A stretch of DNA of 43,931 bases from an uncultured Nitrososphaerales archaeon (GTDB lineage: Archaea; Thermoproteota; Nitrososphaeria; Nitrososphaerales; Nitrososphaeraceae). The stretch lies in the NCBI GenBank assembly GCA_963709405.1, contig CAVPXM010000083.1, positions 1 to 43,931 of the forward strand. The letters are read 5' to 3'. Made by a program: the position numbers and the translations under genes. Numbering within the stretch: position 1 is the first letter of the stretch; every line of letters starts with the position of its first letter. The notes under the pieces are model-generated. The model did no database searches, was not told the origin of the DNA, and worked only from the letters and a program-made list of their open reading frames with translations. This document shows, in pieces, positions 22,419 to 33,604 of this stretch.

Positions 22419-23441
22419 TTATGTAGTAATGCCCTGTCCAACTATTCTCATTCCAGGACTATCTAGTTTTAGTAGTAGAAATACTTGATTTGGAATATAA
22501 ACCACTGGTTTCTCAGGAGCAAGTTCAATGATAGTGATGTTATGATTATCATTGGTTATGCGCCTAATCTTTGCTGGTTTTATTTGGAGCCCTATGGCCA
22601 ACATATAGTTTTGGTTCTCTGAAACTTGCCCTTTGAAGTATGGATTCCTTCTAAATTTTGCTGTAAGTATATTTTCATCTGAAGCCACTTTTATCATATT
22701 ATCACTCAAATCTGTAAATGCGGAGCATAGTATGTCCCCTCTAGATATCATGTCAGCTGTAGTTCCTTTAATTGCTAGTCCAACTCTTGCCGGGGTTTTG
22801 GATTCATCAACTGGTGTATCATGCATCTGAATTGATTTGACAACTACATCTATGTCCGCAGGCATTATCTTTAGTTGATCATGCACCCTAACAGTTCCTT
22901 GCCTTATTACGCCTAATACAACCGTTCCAACTCCCCTAACATCGAAAGCATGATCAATCGATACAAATACAGTTGAGAATTCGGTAGATTCGAGTGAGTC
23001 TGATTTCGAGCCAACATCCTCATCTTTGTTAAATGATTTTTTTGGCTCTACTAAAGATAGTTCTTGTTTTAATTCATCATAACTATTTATAAATTTAAAA
23101 TTTTCTACACTCGTATTTCGTATTAATAACTTTATTTTTTCTTCATCAATATCATAAGAATGAAGAATAAATCCATTTTTAAAATTGAGTGAGTCTAATG
23201 CAACAATCTGCTCCCCTAAATACTTATCAATTTTTGTAATATTTAAAATTGCATATTCTGACATGTTTATGACTTGGATTAATGATTGTATTTTCTCAGG
23301 AAATGTTAAAGGTACAGTAAAGGTGTAAATACTGTCAGATGTTTTTTTATCGTAAATTGAAATATCCGTAGTCGTTCCTTTTTTTCCTAATTCACTTACT
23401 ATTGTATCATCCCCAAGTATTACAAAATTTATGCTTTTCAC
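22419..23441 (-). CDS. Archaeal SelB-like translation factor (aSelBL type, degenerate G domain)
   Basis: IDHAFDVRGVGTVVLG, VKSIQMHD and RVGLAIKG (EF-Tu domain II); N-terminus LGKKGTTTDI lacks a full P-loop. Confidence 0.85.
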   Translation of the reverse strand: MKSINFVILGDDTIVSELGKKGTTTDISIYDKKTSDSIYTFTVPLTFPEKIQSLIQVINMSEYAILNITKIDKYLGEQIVALDSLNFKNGFILHSYDIDEEKIKLLIRNTSVENFKFINSYDELKQELSLVEPKKSFNKDEDVGSKSDSLESTEFSTVFVSIDHAFDVRGVGTVVLGVIRQGTVRVHDQLKIMPADIDVVVKSIQMHDTPVDESKTPARVGLAIKGTTADMISRGDILCSAFTDLSDNMIKVASDENILTAKFRRNPYFKGQVSENQNYMLAIGLQIKPAKIRRITNDNHNITIIELAPEKPVVYIPNQVFLLLKLDSPGMRIVGQGITT

Positions 23442-23661
23442 TGGTTGACATTATTCAATTTGAGTTTCGGCAAATAAAATTGTTGTTAATCAATACATTT
23501 TGGTAATTGTCAGGGGATCATTTTTATTCTAGTATCTTTGTCATGTAATTGGACCTGGTTGTTATCATTTAGATTGAACTTCAACTGGAATAATCTAGAT
23601 TGACCAGATAGATATTGCAATATATTACTTACAACAATGTTGTTCTCAAATTTCGTAAAGA

Positions 23662-24132
23662 TTGTTTCAACAAACAATAATAATATACATCGATCATGGA
23701 AGTATAGTGGTACTGAAACCTTCCGAGATCAAACCTCCATTCGATGAAGAGAAAGCAAAACTAAAGGTTAAAGCTGCAGAAAATGCTTGGAATACGCGTA
23801 ATCCTAAACTTGTAGCTCAAGCGTATACTGAAGATTCAGTCTGGCACAACAGAACCGAGTTTTTCACCGGACGAATTAATATTACAAAATTCCTAGCCCG
23901 CAAGTGGGCTAAAGAACTAGATTATCGTCTTATGAAAGAGTTATGGTGCTGTACTGGGAATCGTATTTCAGTGCGTTTTGAATATGAGTGGAGAGATGCG
24001 GATAATCCATCCCAATGGATGCGTACACACGGTAATGAACATTGGGAGTTTGATGAGAATGGTCTGATGAGTAGACGTGACATGAGTGCTAACGACTATC
24101 CAATCAAGGAATCAGAACGCCGTTATAAGTAG
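23662..24132 (+). CDS. DUF1348 / SnoaL-like NTF2-fold protein
   Basis: PPF..E.A..KVKAAENAWN, KWAKELDYRLMKELW, RFEYEW, GNEHWEFD. The true start may be further downstream. Confidence 0.9.
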   Translation: MFQQTIIIYIDHGSIVVLKPSEIKPPFDEEKAKLKVKAAENAWNTRNPKLVAQAYTEDSVWHNRTEFFTGRINITKFLARKWAKELDYRLMKELWCCTGNRISVRFEYEWRDADNPSQWMRTHGNEHWEFDENGLMSRRDMSANDYPIKESERRYK

Positions 24133-24248
24133 TCATAGACTATTAGGTAGAGGCATTGAAAATATTCTACCCAGTTTGAGATTGTACGGTGCTGTTAAAT
24201 TAAGAAAGGTAACTGCTAAAGCTTGATCAGATTAAGAATAATATGATA

Positions 24249-24888
24249 ATGTTTGAACGTAATAGAACTAGACCATTTCTTATTCGATTGTCATGTATTT
24301 GGATTTTCTTGGATTAAGTCGGAGAAATACTTACTTCAAAGGCATTAGAACCATTCGTAGACATCAGTTATGTTGCAATACGGTATTGAATATAGAAATT
24401 CAATCCAAAAGGTATTCACCAGATAAAGAAGAGTAGTAGGATAACTGCATACACCGTAGACGAAACAATGGTTCAGATCGGTTATACTGATGCATGGCTT
24501 TGGGTTGCAATAGAACCAAATTGACACAAAATTCTTGGAGTTTAAATTTCAAGGTACAGGAATATACTAGTTGCTGGATCATTTCTGAAATCGTTGATTA
24601 AACTTTATGGATACATAATGTCTATTATGATGTTTGGTCATGATATCCTGAAGCTTGCAATTCTTCAAGACTAAAACATATACTCCATTCACCATTTGAA
24701 ATAAGCATTATTGAGAGAGCTATGGAATATATCAAGAATTGAACTGAAGGTTTTGACGACTATATCCGTGTAATCTAATTCATGTTTACCAATGGCTGAT
24801 ATTGTTCATAATCTCACATAATATATCAAAATCACAATCTAAGATAAACTTATCAAGTTCTTGATAAGAGGTGGAATGGAGCCTTAAC
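24249..24888 (+). mobile_element. IS6-family DDE transposase remnant
   Basis: Fragments MFERNRT, VDETMVQIGYTDAWLWVAIEP, FLKSLIKLYG, YPEAC..LKH, IIERAMEYIKN*TEGFDDY, with many stops and shifts. Confidence 0.8.
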
Positions 24889-24950
24889 GTACCACAACCG
24901 ATTATACATTGGAAGACTATTTTAAGCTGATATGGTTAATTTGTCTACTC

Positions 24951-25571
24951 ATGATAGAAAAGGAATTTCCAGATTGGAATGAATTGTATAAAAACCAAAG
25001 AGCTGAGACTATGCCTTGGTATAATGAAGCCTTGGATGAAGACTTAAAGAGTGAATTAGAGAAGAGGAATATCAAAGAAGGGACGTTTCTGGATTTAGGA
25101 ACCGGACCGGCAACTCAAGCTTTTCAACTCGCTAATATGGGCTTTAGAGTCAAAGCTTCTGACATATCTGAGGCTGCTATTTTTGCCGCAAAAAAAATAA
25201 TGAGTGAAAGCAAGAATGCTAAGACAAAGTATGTCGATTTTATAGTAGATGATATCTTAAATTCTAAGATAAATGATGACGAATTTGATTATATCTTTGA
25301 TCGAGGGTGTTTTCATGTACTTCCGGTTAGTAAAAGACTAACCTATATTATTGAAGTGAATAAAAAGTTAAAGTACCATGGCTTATTATTTTTGAAGGTC
25401 TTTAGTGACAAGGAATTAAGGAACGATGGACCATACAAGTTCTCAGAAAATGAGATAAGGGACATCTTTGAACGAGAATCATTTCAAATTGAAGGTATAG
25501 AGGAAAGTGTTTTCCAGGGAAATCTCATCCCTTTGCCTAAGGCATTGTTTGTAACTATGATGAAGATCTAA
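24951..25571 (+). CDS. Class I SAM-dependent methyltransferase (TPMT-like)
   Basis: W..LY...MPW, FLDLGTGPA, DISEAAI, FDYIFDRGCFH. ATG 24951 preferred over TTG 24909. Confidence 0.9.
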   Translation: MIEKEFPDWNELYKNQRAETMPWYNEALDEDLKSELEKRNIKEGTFLDLGTGPATQAFQLANMGFRVKASDISEAAIFAAKKIMSESKNAKTKYVDFIVDDILNSKINDDEFDYIFDRGCFHVLPVSKRLTYIIEVNKKLKYHGLLFLKVFSDKELRNDGPYKFSENEIRDIFERESFQIEGIEESVFQGNLIPLPKALFVTMMKI

Positions 25572-25583
25572 GAAAGAAAGAAA

Positions 25584-25601
25584 TTACCATATATATGGTA
25601 A
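25584..25601. repeat. Perfect 18-bp palindrome TTACCATATATATGGTAA
   Basis: Self-complementary; 12 bp after the methyltransferase stop. Confidence 0.8.
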
Positions 25602-25994
25602 AGGAATTAACTTTAAATTCAATTATTATTTAGAAGGATTTGTGACTATTTTATATCAGTAGTGTACAATATTGTTCGTCTTGTTTTAGTGTTACATCAT
25701 GAGTAATGTTGTTAGACAATCATAGTACTTCTAGACAAGAATCATCTAACTAAATCCAATAATTAACGTTAAATATATTAAAGTAATCTGGATATAAACC
25801 TCTTAATAAACCAAGTTCGTATAGAAGACATCTATTATGGGAAATTGCAAATAGAGTTCTGAGTGGCTGTAACAAGTCGGAAAGATTTGAACAATTGTTC
25901 TTAGATCATAATTACCATCATTTCTTTGATTATTAGGACATTATTATTTGATTTGGATACGTTTATCTATCTTTCTAGCTAAGATAAGAATTAT

Positions 25995-26558
25995 ATGACG
26001 ACTACTAGGAAAGAAGACACAACCACAAGTGACCGTGATGAAGAGAATAATAGAGCTACGGCAGCTCCTGATGGCAATTATCGCAGCAGTAGACGATTAA
26101 TTAACAAAACCTTCGAGAAAGCGAAAGACAACATTCGAATTGCAACGGATGACGCACATAGAGAGCTTCCAAGATACATGCAGACGGTTACTGATAATCA
26201 GGAGCAAATAGTTCAGGCTGCAAGAGGGATAGCAGAGAATTATCTAGAATCGCAAAAAGAAATAACAAGTTCCTTTCAGTCCGCATGGAGTTCATTCTTT
26301 GATAACTATTTTTGGAATTCGCCTAAAAGAATGACAGAAACTTATGCCAGAGGAGTAAGCAGCTTTTCAGATGGTACCATAGCAGCAATAAGGATGTACA
26401 ACAACATGATCTTTACAAATACAGGTGCTATCGGCATGTCTATGCAATATGTCAAAGACAATACCAAGGAAATATCCAGGGTATTAGTAAACAATGCAAG
26501 AATGATAGAAGATGCAACAAATCCATATCAGATCAAGGATTCAATCGATGATGATTAA
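25995..26558 (+). CDS. Alpha-helical hypothetical protein (Nitrososphaerales family, phasin-like)
   Basis: KDNIR...A.RELPRY.Q.V.D.QEQ..QAAR.IAENYLESQKEI..SFQSAW pattern. Confidence 0.65.
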   Translation: MTTTRKEDTTTSDRDEENNRATAAPDGNYRSSRRLINKTFEKAKDNIRIATDDAHRELPRYMQTVTDNQEQIVQAARGIAENYLESQKEITSSFQSAWSSFFDNYFWNSPKRMTETYARGVSSFSDGTIAAIRMYNNMIFTNTGAIGMSMQYVKDNTKEISRVLVNNARMIEDATNPYQIKDSIDDD

Positions 26559-26623
26559 AATAGCAATACTTGTAGACTAATCACAGCCTACTAATTTTTA
26601 TCAATAAGTTCTCTTATTCTTTT

Positions 26624-26696
26624 TTGATCCTTGATCCTTGATCCTTGATCCTTGATCCTGATCCTGATCCTGATCCTTGATCCTTGATCCTTGATC
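26624..26696. repeat. Microsatellite (TTGATCC)5(TGATCC)3(TTGATCC)2TTGATC
   Basis: Read directly; 11 GATC sites in 73 bp. Confidence 0.95.
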
Positions 26697-27108
26697 GAAT
26701 GAAAACGTTCATTAACATCAACATTATAACGTCTGTTGTGCAAAAATTATAATCTATCTTGGCAACGTGACTCTAGATCCTCGAAGTCTATTTTAAATTC
26801 CATCTATATTATCCACGTATATTCATGATCTTTCTGTCTGTCTACAAATTCGTTAAAAAAGATCTCTTAAAAATGGGGGGCTTAATTATCAAGCATTTTT
26901 ATTTACTAGTTACTTAAATTTTCAATGCCTTGTAACTGGTAATATAACGCAGCAATCAGTAAAGTCACAATCATCATTATTACTTAATTGTTATAGTTAC
27001 AACGATAGGTTACATTTTTGATTGCCTACATGGGATACACTATGTTGCTTAGTTCTTGTATGTATTATGAATGTAATTAACCTTTATAGAACGTTTCTGA
27101 AAATAAGA

Positions 27109-27890
27109 CTATTGATCCTTCAATTTTAGCTTCATCGTACGCTTTAACAAACATATCGTCATACATATTTTACTATCATCTGTGCTTAGCATATCCCCGA
27201 TCGCTAGAAACTCATTCTTTACTATCTTGTTATGTACTTCTATTTTCCATTGTAACTGCAGATAGAAATGGTATTCCTTCGAGGCCATGTTCATAAATTC
27301 TAAAATCAACCATTGAGAGTCCAACTTTGCTTCCTTTATTATTTCTGTAATTTGTTCGCCAGTTGGGATGAGTATTTTGATTTCCATATTGGGATATTGT
27401 TTTGTTCTTTCATTGAATAATTGTAATATCCCTATCTGCGCCTGTCTGCGAAATGCGTTGGTCGTGGAAAACATTACAAATACTTCTTCTTTTGCAGCTC
27501 TTAGCATATTCCAAGCACGTTCTATTCCTTCTTGCGGGCTTTGGAAAACCTCAAAGTTTGCTGAGGATATACCTTCTTCAATTTCTATTATCTTTTCTTC
27601 TGCGGGTATCGATTTATTCCATAGAGTATCAAAGATATACTGTTGATGTTCCAGGAGCTCTTTCACATTACTACAGATAATCTCTGAAGCAGGCTTTCCT
27701 TTATCATTTAAAGTTGCAGGAGCAAGATATTGCATTTCATTTATGTAGAAACTTCTTCTAATTCCATCTAGGTGACGAAGCTCGTCAACTAATGTAATCA
27801 GTTTTTTACAATAAGAAATATTATCCTTGGTAATTTCTGTAATAAACTTTGTTCTTACTCCTCTGTCTCTACTAGCAATAAGAGATTCTC
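27109..27890 (-). pseudogene. Sensor histidine kinase N-terminal region, truncated
   Basis: RGVRTKFITEITKDNISYCKKL..LVDELRHLDGI...SNVKELLEHQQYIFDTLWNKSIPA is a typical Nitrososphaerales kinase input region; no HisKA or HATPase follows. Confidence 0.7.
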
Positions 27891-27959
27891 TTTAACTTGC
27901 TCGTAAAGTAAACGACGTTACATATCTTTACTTCCTTACAAAACCTTATTGCTCTAATA

Positions 27960-28106
27960 GACCTTCTTTCATCCATCGAGCTTGCTTTGAGTTTTCAAGG
28001 AAATTGGTTTTTACTGCGCTTGGCTCAATTAATATAACCTTTATCCCAAAGCCTTCCAATTCGTAAGTCATGGATTCGGAAAAACCTTCTAATGCAAACT
28101 TGCTAC
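27960..28106 (-). pseudogene. Short-chain dehydrogenase/reductase fragment
   Basis: SKFALEGFSESMTYELEGFGIKVILIEPSAVKTNF. Confidence 0.8.
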
Positions 28107-28176
28107 CTTATTTTCTAATTTTCGTTAAATAATAATTAAATAATAATCCCTATTCTATTATATTTCTCTATTAGGT

Positions 28177-28435
28177 TCACCTTTCTATGGGTTCTAATCT
28201 GGCTATTAAAGCCATGAGTTGGTCGGATAAATTGCTATTGCATCATCTTTCATTTTATCACGATCTCTCATTGATTGATTCAGTTGTTCTAATTCTTCTA
28301 CCTTGGTTTGGATATCTGCTCCCTGCCTTTCCAGCTGATGAACATTTAAGAACGTCATATAAGGCTCAATCTTTTTAAATAATTCTGCTTTCACTGAATC
28401 CTTTTTACGCCAGAATGTAGCGCCAGAATGTCTTG
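28177..28435 (-). mobile_element. Tyrosine integrase C-terminal fragment (family A)
   Basis: HSGATFWRKKDSVKAELFKKIEPYMTFLNVHQLERQGADIQTKVEELEQLNQSMRDRDKMKDDAIA/LSDQLMALIARLEPIER*. Confidence 0.7.
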
Positions 28436-28557
28436 AAATGCTCCGAGTAATCCGCGTAACGAAGATCAGACATAGGATGGACATGAACATTTCAGTGAAA
28501 CATGTGATAATAGGATATTCTTAATGTTCTTAGTAACGAATAATATAGATGGCCAGT

Positions 28558-28898
28558 ATGATACATTTCTTACAAAAGGTGATAATTATAGGCATAGCGA
28601 TCATATGCACCTACTCCTCGCTTCATTCGCGATGCCTTCAATACAAATTGCAAAAGCGCAATATGTAAGCTCAGGTGGAAGTTAATCGAGTCTAGAAGAA
28701 CAACTCAAACTCGCTAGAGAATAAGTTCAAAATGCCAAACAAGATGGAGCATATGGTTCAGGAACTCCGATACGTGGAGTTAATTTTAACGAAACAGAGA
28801 TCTATATAATTGCAATTGTGATAATACTCGGTGCCATATCTGCAGGGTTTTTCTATATGGGACAAAGAGGTACAAGAAAAACGGAAGTGAAAAGATAG
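28558..28898 (+). pseudogene. Small membrane-anchored hypothetical protein with internal stops
   Basis: AKAQYVSSGGS*SSLEEQLKLARE*VQNAKQDGAYGSGTP, then a TM segment and a basic tail. Confidence 0.5.
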
Positions 28899-29040
28899 CA
28901 AGAATCACATGTCCATTCTTTTTAATTCCAAATTTATGAAATACGTAGTTATTTTTCACCGGGTATTATTTTGACAGTTCAGTACGGTCTTAGGTCCTAG
29001 GTCTAACTCTATTGATTATTAGTTCACGAAAGCCTTATTA

Positions 29041-29160
29041 CTACCATACCAAACCTTTGTCAGAGCAATCAAGCTCAGCTCCACAATTTGGGCATAATAG
29101 ATGACACGGCTGCATCTCAATCATTAGAAAACCGCATCTAAAACATTCCACCTTTTTCAT
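29041..29160 (-). CDS. 39-aa CPxCG-type zinc-finger microprotein (not in ORF track)
   Basis: MKKVECFRCGFLMIEMQPCHLLCPNCGAELDCSDKGLVW*; a TATA-like tataat lies upstream on the minus strand. Confidence 0.75.
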   Translation of the reverse strand: MKKVECFRCGFLMIEMQPCHLLCPNCGAELDCSDKGLVW

Positions 29161-29390
29161 TACTCTGGTATTATATACAATCAAATACTTGTTCATTTTG
29201 CTCTAGGGTTTTTCTATCGAACAATTTAGTGTGTGATAAATATATTACAACTGTCAGTTCAATGATATCAGTTTATTAATTGTTGTACTTCCAGACAAAG
29301 ATTTTTTTATACTTGATTCGATACTAAATGCTATATCGATTAATGTATTCTAGTAAGATGTCGTGGTGAGATCGAGATTCTTACATGTAG

Positions 29391-29672
29391 TCAACCAGCT
29401 CTTTTAATTATGTGATATCCAAATTCTGTTTTGATTGGCTCTAGTGTCATTTCGCCTTTCTTAAGCTTAAATGCTGCTTCTTCAAACGGCTTTACCATCA
29501 TGCCTCTTCCAAATACCCCCAAATCTCCGCCACGTTTTGCGCTACCCTTATCAATTGACAGCTGTTTGGCAAGGTTTGAGAAACTTTCACCATTCCTGAG
29601 ACGTTCCAATATCAAAACAGCTTCGCTTTGTTTCTTGACTAGTATATGAGAACATTTAATTTTATCAGTCAA
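29391..29672 (-). CDS. pinA: Parvulin-type peptidyl-prolyl cis-trans isomerase
   Basis: [48 protein letters not shown]. Confidence 0.95.
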   Translation of the reverse strand: MTDKIKCSHILVKKQSEAVLILERLRNGESFSNLAKQLSIDKGSAKRGGDLGVFGRGMMVKPFEEAAFKLKKGEMTLEPIKTEFGYHIIKRAG

Positions 29673-30116
29673 TGCTCTTGGATTCTTCCCTCACTGGTAG
29701 GTATCTGCCCGTATACTGAATAAATATATTGCTCTGCTGAATTTCATAGCTTATATGCATTGTTAAAAATATTCCTTAGTTCTTCGATAGTAGCTTTTTT
29801 GATTAAATAATTATATTCTTTTTGAATATTCCCATTGCCAGCTGTACCTCTACAACGAAAATCACATCCAGATATACATTTATCAGATCCTCAACGTTAC
29901 TTAGTTAGTTAATTCCTAATTCCTAATAGTTCTTTACATCTTAAACATATTTCGAATCAGGGGAAGAAAGTGGTTTATATATCGGCTAATTGGAAGAATT
30001 AAGATTTTAGTAGTAATCAATAACTTGATCCCATCAAGTAACTTTGATTATTATTTACGCCCATTTACTTATTCTAAACTCTGCGCTACGTGATCTATTT
30101 TATATAATAACTCATA

Positions 30117-30138
30117 GTCGAGCTGATGTAAGCTCGAC
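30117..30138. promoter_or_regulatory. Inverted repeat GTCGAGCT-6-AGCTCGAC
   Basis: Perfect 8-bp arms, about 140 bp upstream of the DUF2182 gene. Confidence 0.4.
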
Positions 30139-30279
30139 ACCTGATTCCAAGAACATGAAGTCCACTTGTAATAGGTATCCAATCCGCACCAAGAAGCAAA
30201 GGGAACTATAAATTATAATTAACAAAATCTTTTTATTCTCATACTCCGATTTTATCCAAAACAAAATGTGTAAACAAGT

Positions 30280-31341
30280 ATGGACAGAATCCAGAAGATT
30301 ATCCTTATTTCAATAATATCAATAGCAGCAATTTCTTGGATATTATCGAAAGATCAGCCCGACATGATGACTGCTATGATGAATTATAATCCTGTTGCAA
30401 TTTCATTATTTACTATTAGTTGGACAATTGGAATGGCTGCAATGATGTTTCCAGCAATAACTCCGATGGTTCTACTTTACAATAGACTGATAAAACGTAG
30501 TAATAGTAATAGTAGTAGTGATGAGGATGATGGTAATACTGTTGGTAAAGGCCTCCCATCTTCACAGTCTTCATTATTTGTTGAAAGCGGTGATGATGAC
30601 AACAAGACTGCCAAGAGAGCAAAAAGTTCATCATTATCGTTATCATTACTTTCAATTTTCACTAGCTCGGTTAACATAATCTTCTTTATAGGCTCTTACC
30701 TCTTAGTTTGGGCCATAACAGGAATTGTGCTTCTTTTGATATGGTCCATCCCAGTGAACTATTTTTTTATGCATTTTGAAAGCGGACAACAACAACCTCA
30801 TCAACTCCAAATAGTTTATGGAATTTTACTGATTATATCTGGACTATATCAATTTAGTTCGTTAAAAACAAAATGTCTTGGATATTGTGAATCTCCACTC
30901 AGTTTCTTTATGAGAAGATGGAGAAGTGGAGCTATTGGTGCAATAAGGATGGGAATGTATCATGGTCTTTATTGTCTTGGATGTTGCTGGCCATATTTTC
31001 TTATTATGATAGCCCTAGGTTGGATGAATTTGCTATGGATGGCATTATTTGCTGGTGTTATCTTTGCAGAAAAGATATGGTCTAAAGGCATATGGGTTGC
31101 CAGAAGTGCAGGACTAGGCCTTGCAATAGTTGGAATCATGGCCATATTTGGATTGGTGATAATAACCCCTACTGGCATAAGTAATAGTAATAATAATAAT
31201 CTCACTGATGGAACCGATGATCATATGCATACTAACGGTACGCATATGAATAACAATATGAATATGAGCAAAAACATGAATGCGTTACCGAACATAAAAA
31301 AGTCAACACCAACAGCAATGTCAAAAATGAATAATATGTGA
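30280..31341 (+). CDS. DUF2182 predicted metal-binding integral membrane protein
   Basis: W..GMAAMMFP, GLYQFS.LK.KCL.YC.SP, G.YCLGCCW..LIM..LG.MNL.WM; Met/His/Asn-rich tail. Confidence 0.92.
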   Translation: MDRIQKIILISIISIAAISWILSKDQPDMMTAMMNYNPVAISLFTISWTIGMAAMMFPAITPMVLLYNRLIKRSNSNSSSDEDDGNTVGKGLPSSQSSLFVESGDDDNKTAKRAKSSSLSLSLLSIFTSSVNIIFFIGSYLLVWAITGIVLLLIWSIPVNYFFMHFESGQQQPHQLQIVYGILLIISGLYQFSSLKTKCLGYCESPLSFFMRRWRSGAIGAIRMGMYHGLYCLGCCWPYFLIMIALGWMNLLWMALFAGVIFAEKIWSKGIWVARSAGLGLAIVGIMAIFGLVIITPTGISNSNNNNLTDGTDDHMHTNGTHMNNNMNMSKNMNALPNIKKSTPTAMSKMNNM

Positions 31342-31456
31342 ATGAATACACAAAATGAATGATCATTTTGAAATACAAGAAAGCCGAATCAAACACGACG
31401 AACGGCTGTTCTCGGTTAACAAAAATCCTTAAATATTCATTTTTATTGTATATCTT

Positions 31457-32085
31457 ATGGCTGCGTCGCAAGTCTCAACTACAGCATGGATGCTTGAAGG
31501 AGATTATTTTGAAGGATGCAATTGTGATATAGTGTGTCCATGTATTTTCTTTCTAGATCCTGACGAAGGCAACTGTCATGTCACATGCGCGTGGCACATA
31601 CAGAAAGGAAAATATGGAAACACAGATCTGAATAATCTTAATGTGGTTGCTCTGTTTAATACTCCTGGTAACATGTTTACAGGGCCAAAATGGAAGGCGA
31701 GCATTATATATAGATGAAAGAGCAACTCAACAACAAAAAGATCTAATCCTGAAAATATATTCTGGACAAGCAGGAGGATTTTTTGCTGCGGCACATAATT
31801 TCATTGGCGAAATGCTTGGAGTAAAATCTGTTCCTATAGAGTTTGGTGCCGACGGAAAACACAGATGGATTAGAATAAAAGACACAGTTGAATTAGATAT
31901 TGAAGCGATTGCAGGAGGAGACAAAAACAGAGAATCAGTCTGTAGTTAATGCACCATTTTCGGTAGTTCCAGGTGCTGATTTGACTATTGCACGTTCAAG
32001 CAAATACAATTATAGTGACCATGGAATGGAATGGAATAACTCTGGCAAGAATGGCTTCTATTGTAGATTTAAGTATTCTCCATAG
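31457..32085 (+). pseudogene. DUF1326 protein, two frameshifts
   Basis: W.LEGDYFEGCNCDIVCPC, then LYIDERAT..Q, and GKNGF spread over three frames; usual partner of DUF2182. Confidence 0.88.
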
Positions 32086-32345
32086 TATTGTCAAGATTTG
32101 CTTGATTGCTTCAGAATTTAACAAGTGGTATTATTATTGGATGTGATTTGAAAGTAAAACAAGTTATAGACCATTTACGGAGGGAGGGCGAGTATAGTAG
32201 TAAACCAATCATCAAAAAATGGATCGTTAGTATTACAACATTAGATGAAGGTTCCAGATTACTTCTAAACTCGATCGACACTTCGGGATCGGTAAAACTT
32301 TTTATGCATGTTATATGAAAATCCAACGTAGAGCAATAAGAAATA

Positions 32346-33383
32346 ATGAAAGCGCAGGCACTGAGATTAGACACTATTACTAACAACGATTTGATATGGA
32401 TAAACATAGAGAAACCTACACGGGAGACATTAGAGGAAGAGCTTGCAAGTAGGGGATACCATTTTCATGAATTAAACATCGCAGACTGTCTTTCCAAACA
32501 TCAAATCCCAAAGATCGACAAATATTCAGACTATATTTTTATATTATTTCGTTTTCCTTCTTCGCCTGTTCTTGCTAGTAGTAATAACACTACTGATGTG
32601 ACAAAAAGAAAGAAAGCACGAAAATACTCCTCTACGTTGCATTTCAGCCAGTTATCTATATTCACAGGTCATAATTTCCTAATATCTGTTTATCAGGGGG
32701 ACTTTCAAGCACTCAATGACTTGTTTGAACAATGCAAAATGAGTAGTATCCAAAGAGATGAACTTATGGGTAAATCTTCTGGCTATTTACTTCATACCAT
32801 CATAGATGTCTTAATAAACGATCTCTTTCATATCTTATTGAAAATAGAAGGTAATCTTGACGATATTGAAGATGTAGTATTTGATGATAGAGTAGGCATA
32901 GTACAGGAAATTTCCAATCTCAGAAGAGAAATTACTCTCCTTAGGCAGACTATATTTCCCATAAAAAGGATAGTATCTGAGATAACAAATGTCATTCAAA
33001 AATTCTCAGAAGAGGATCTGACTAAATATTTTAATGATGTAGAAGATCATATAAACAAGGTGTTAGAGGTCCTAGAGAGTTCTAAAGAAACAATTGAAAT
33101 CTATAAAGATACTGATTTTATGCTTAGTGCAGAAAGAACAAACAGGATTCTTGCTATCCTTACAATATGGTTTACTCTGTCTATTCCGCCTGTGGTAATG
33201 GGCACTTTTTACGGCATGAATATTCACTTGCCGGGGGGTATTGTAGCAGGACCTTGGACCTTTCTTGGAACAGATACAACATTGATTGTAATTCTGATTA
33301 TCTCAGCAGTTTCTGCCCTAATACTGTATTTGTATTTTCTCAAAGTTGGTTGGCTTACTAGCAGTATAAGAACCAAGAAATAA
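32346..33383 (+). CDS. corA: CorA-family Mg2+/Co2+ transporter
   Basis: WINIE.P, FHEL.I.DC, QIPKID.Y, YGMN signature, two C-terminal TMs. Confidence 0.93.
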   Translation: MKAQALRLDTITNNDLIWINIEKPTRETLEEELASRGYHFHELNIADCLSKHQIPKIDKYSDYIFILFRFPSSPVLASSNNTTDVTKRKKARKYSSTLHFSQLSIFTGHNFLISVYQGDFQALNDLFEQCKMSSIQRDELMGKSSGYLLHTIIDVLINDLFHILLKIEGNLDDIEDVVFDDRVGIVQEISNLRREITLLRQTIFPIKRIVSEITNVIQKFSEEDLTKYFNDVEDHINKVLEVLESSKETIEIYKDTDFMLSAERTNRILAILTIWFTLSIPPVVMGTFYGMNIHLPGGIVAGPWTFLGTDTTLIVILIISAVSALILYLYFLKVGWLTSSIRTKK

Positions 33384-33604
33384 GAAAGATAATGATGAAA
33401 GGCTATGAATGAATGGATTTGCATTTATATTGGCTGTAAATAATTACAATTTGATCAGACAGCTATACTTCTCAGGGCTATAACTCAGGAAAACGTCCGA
33501 AAGATTATCTACTGGTACTTATCAAAAGAAATCATGCCTCTATTTGGAAGTGGATTTGTATCATATGTTGGTATATTGTCGACCTAGTGAAATTCTACGT
33601 CTAC

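Noticed and set aside
11100-24888. In-frame TGA at expected Trp positions, plus a SelB-like gene, suggesting recoding or selenocysteine use
   Set aside because: Intact genes use TGG for Trp and terminate at TGA (6124, 8340, 21750). The TGAs occur only in fragments that are otherwise broken, and aSelBL-type factors are not established Sec factors.
26624-26696. Possible CRISPR array
   Set aside because: Units are 6-7 bp with no spacers, and there are no cas genes in the window.
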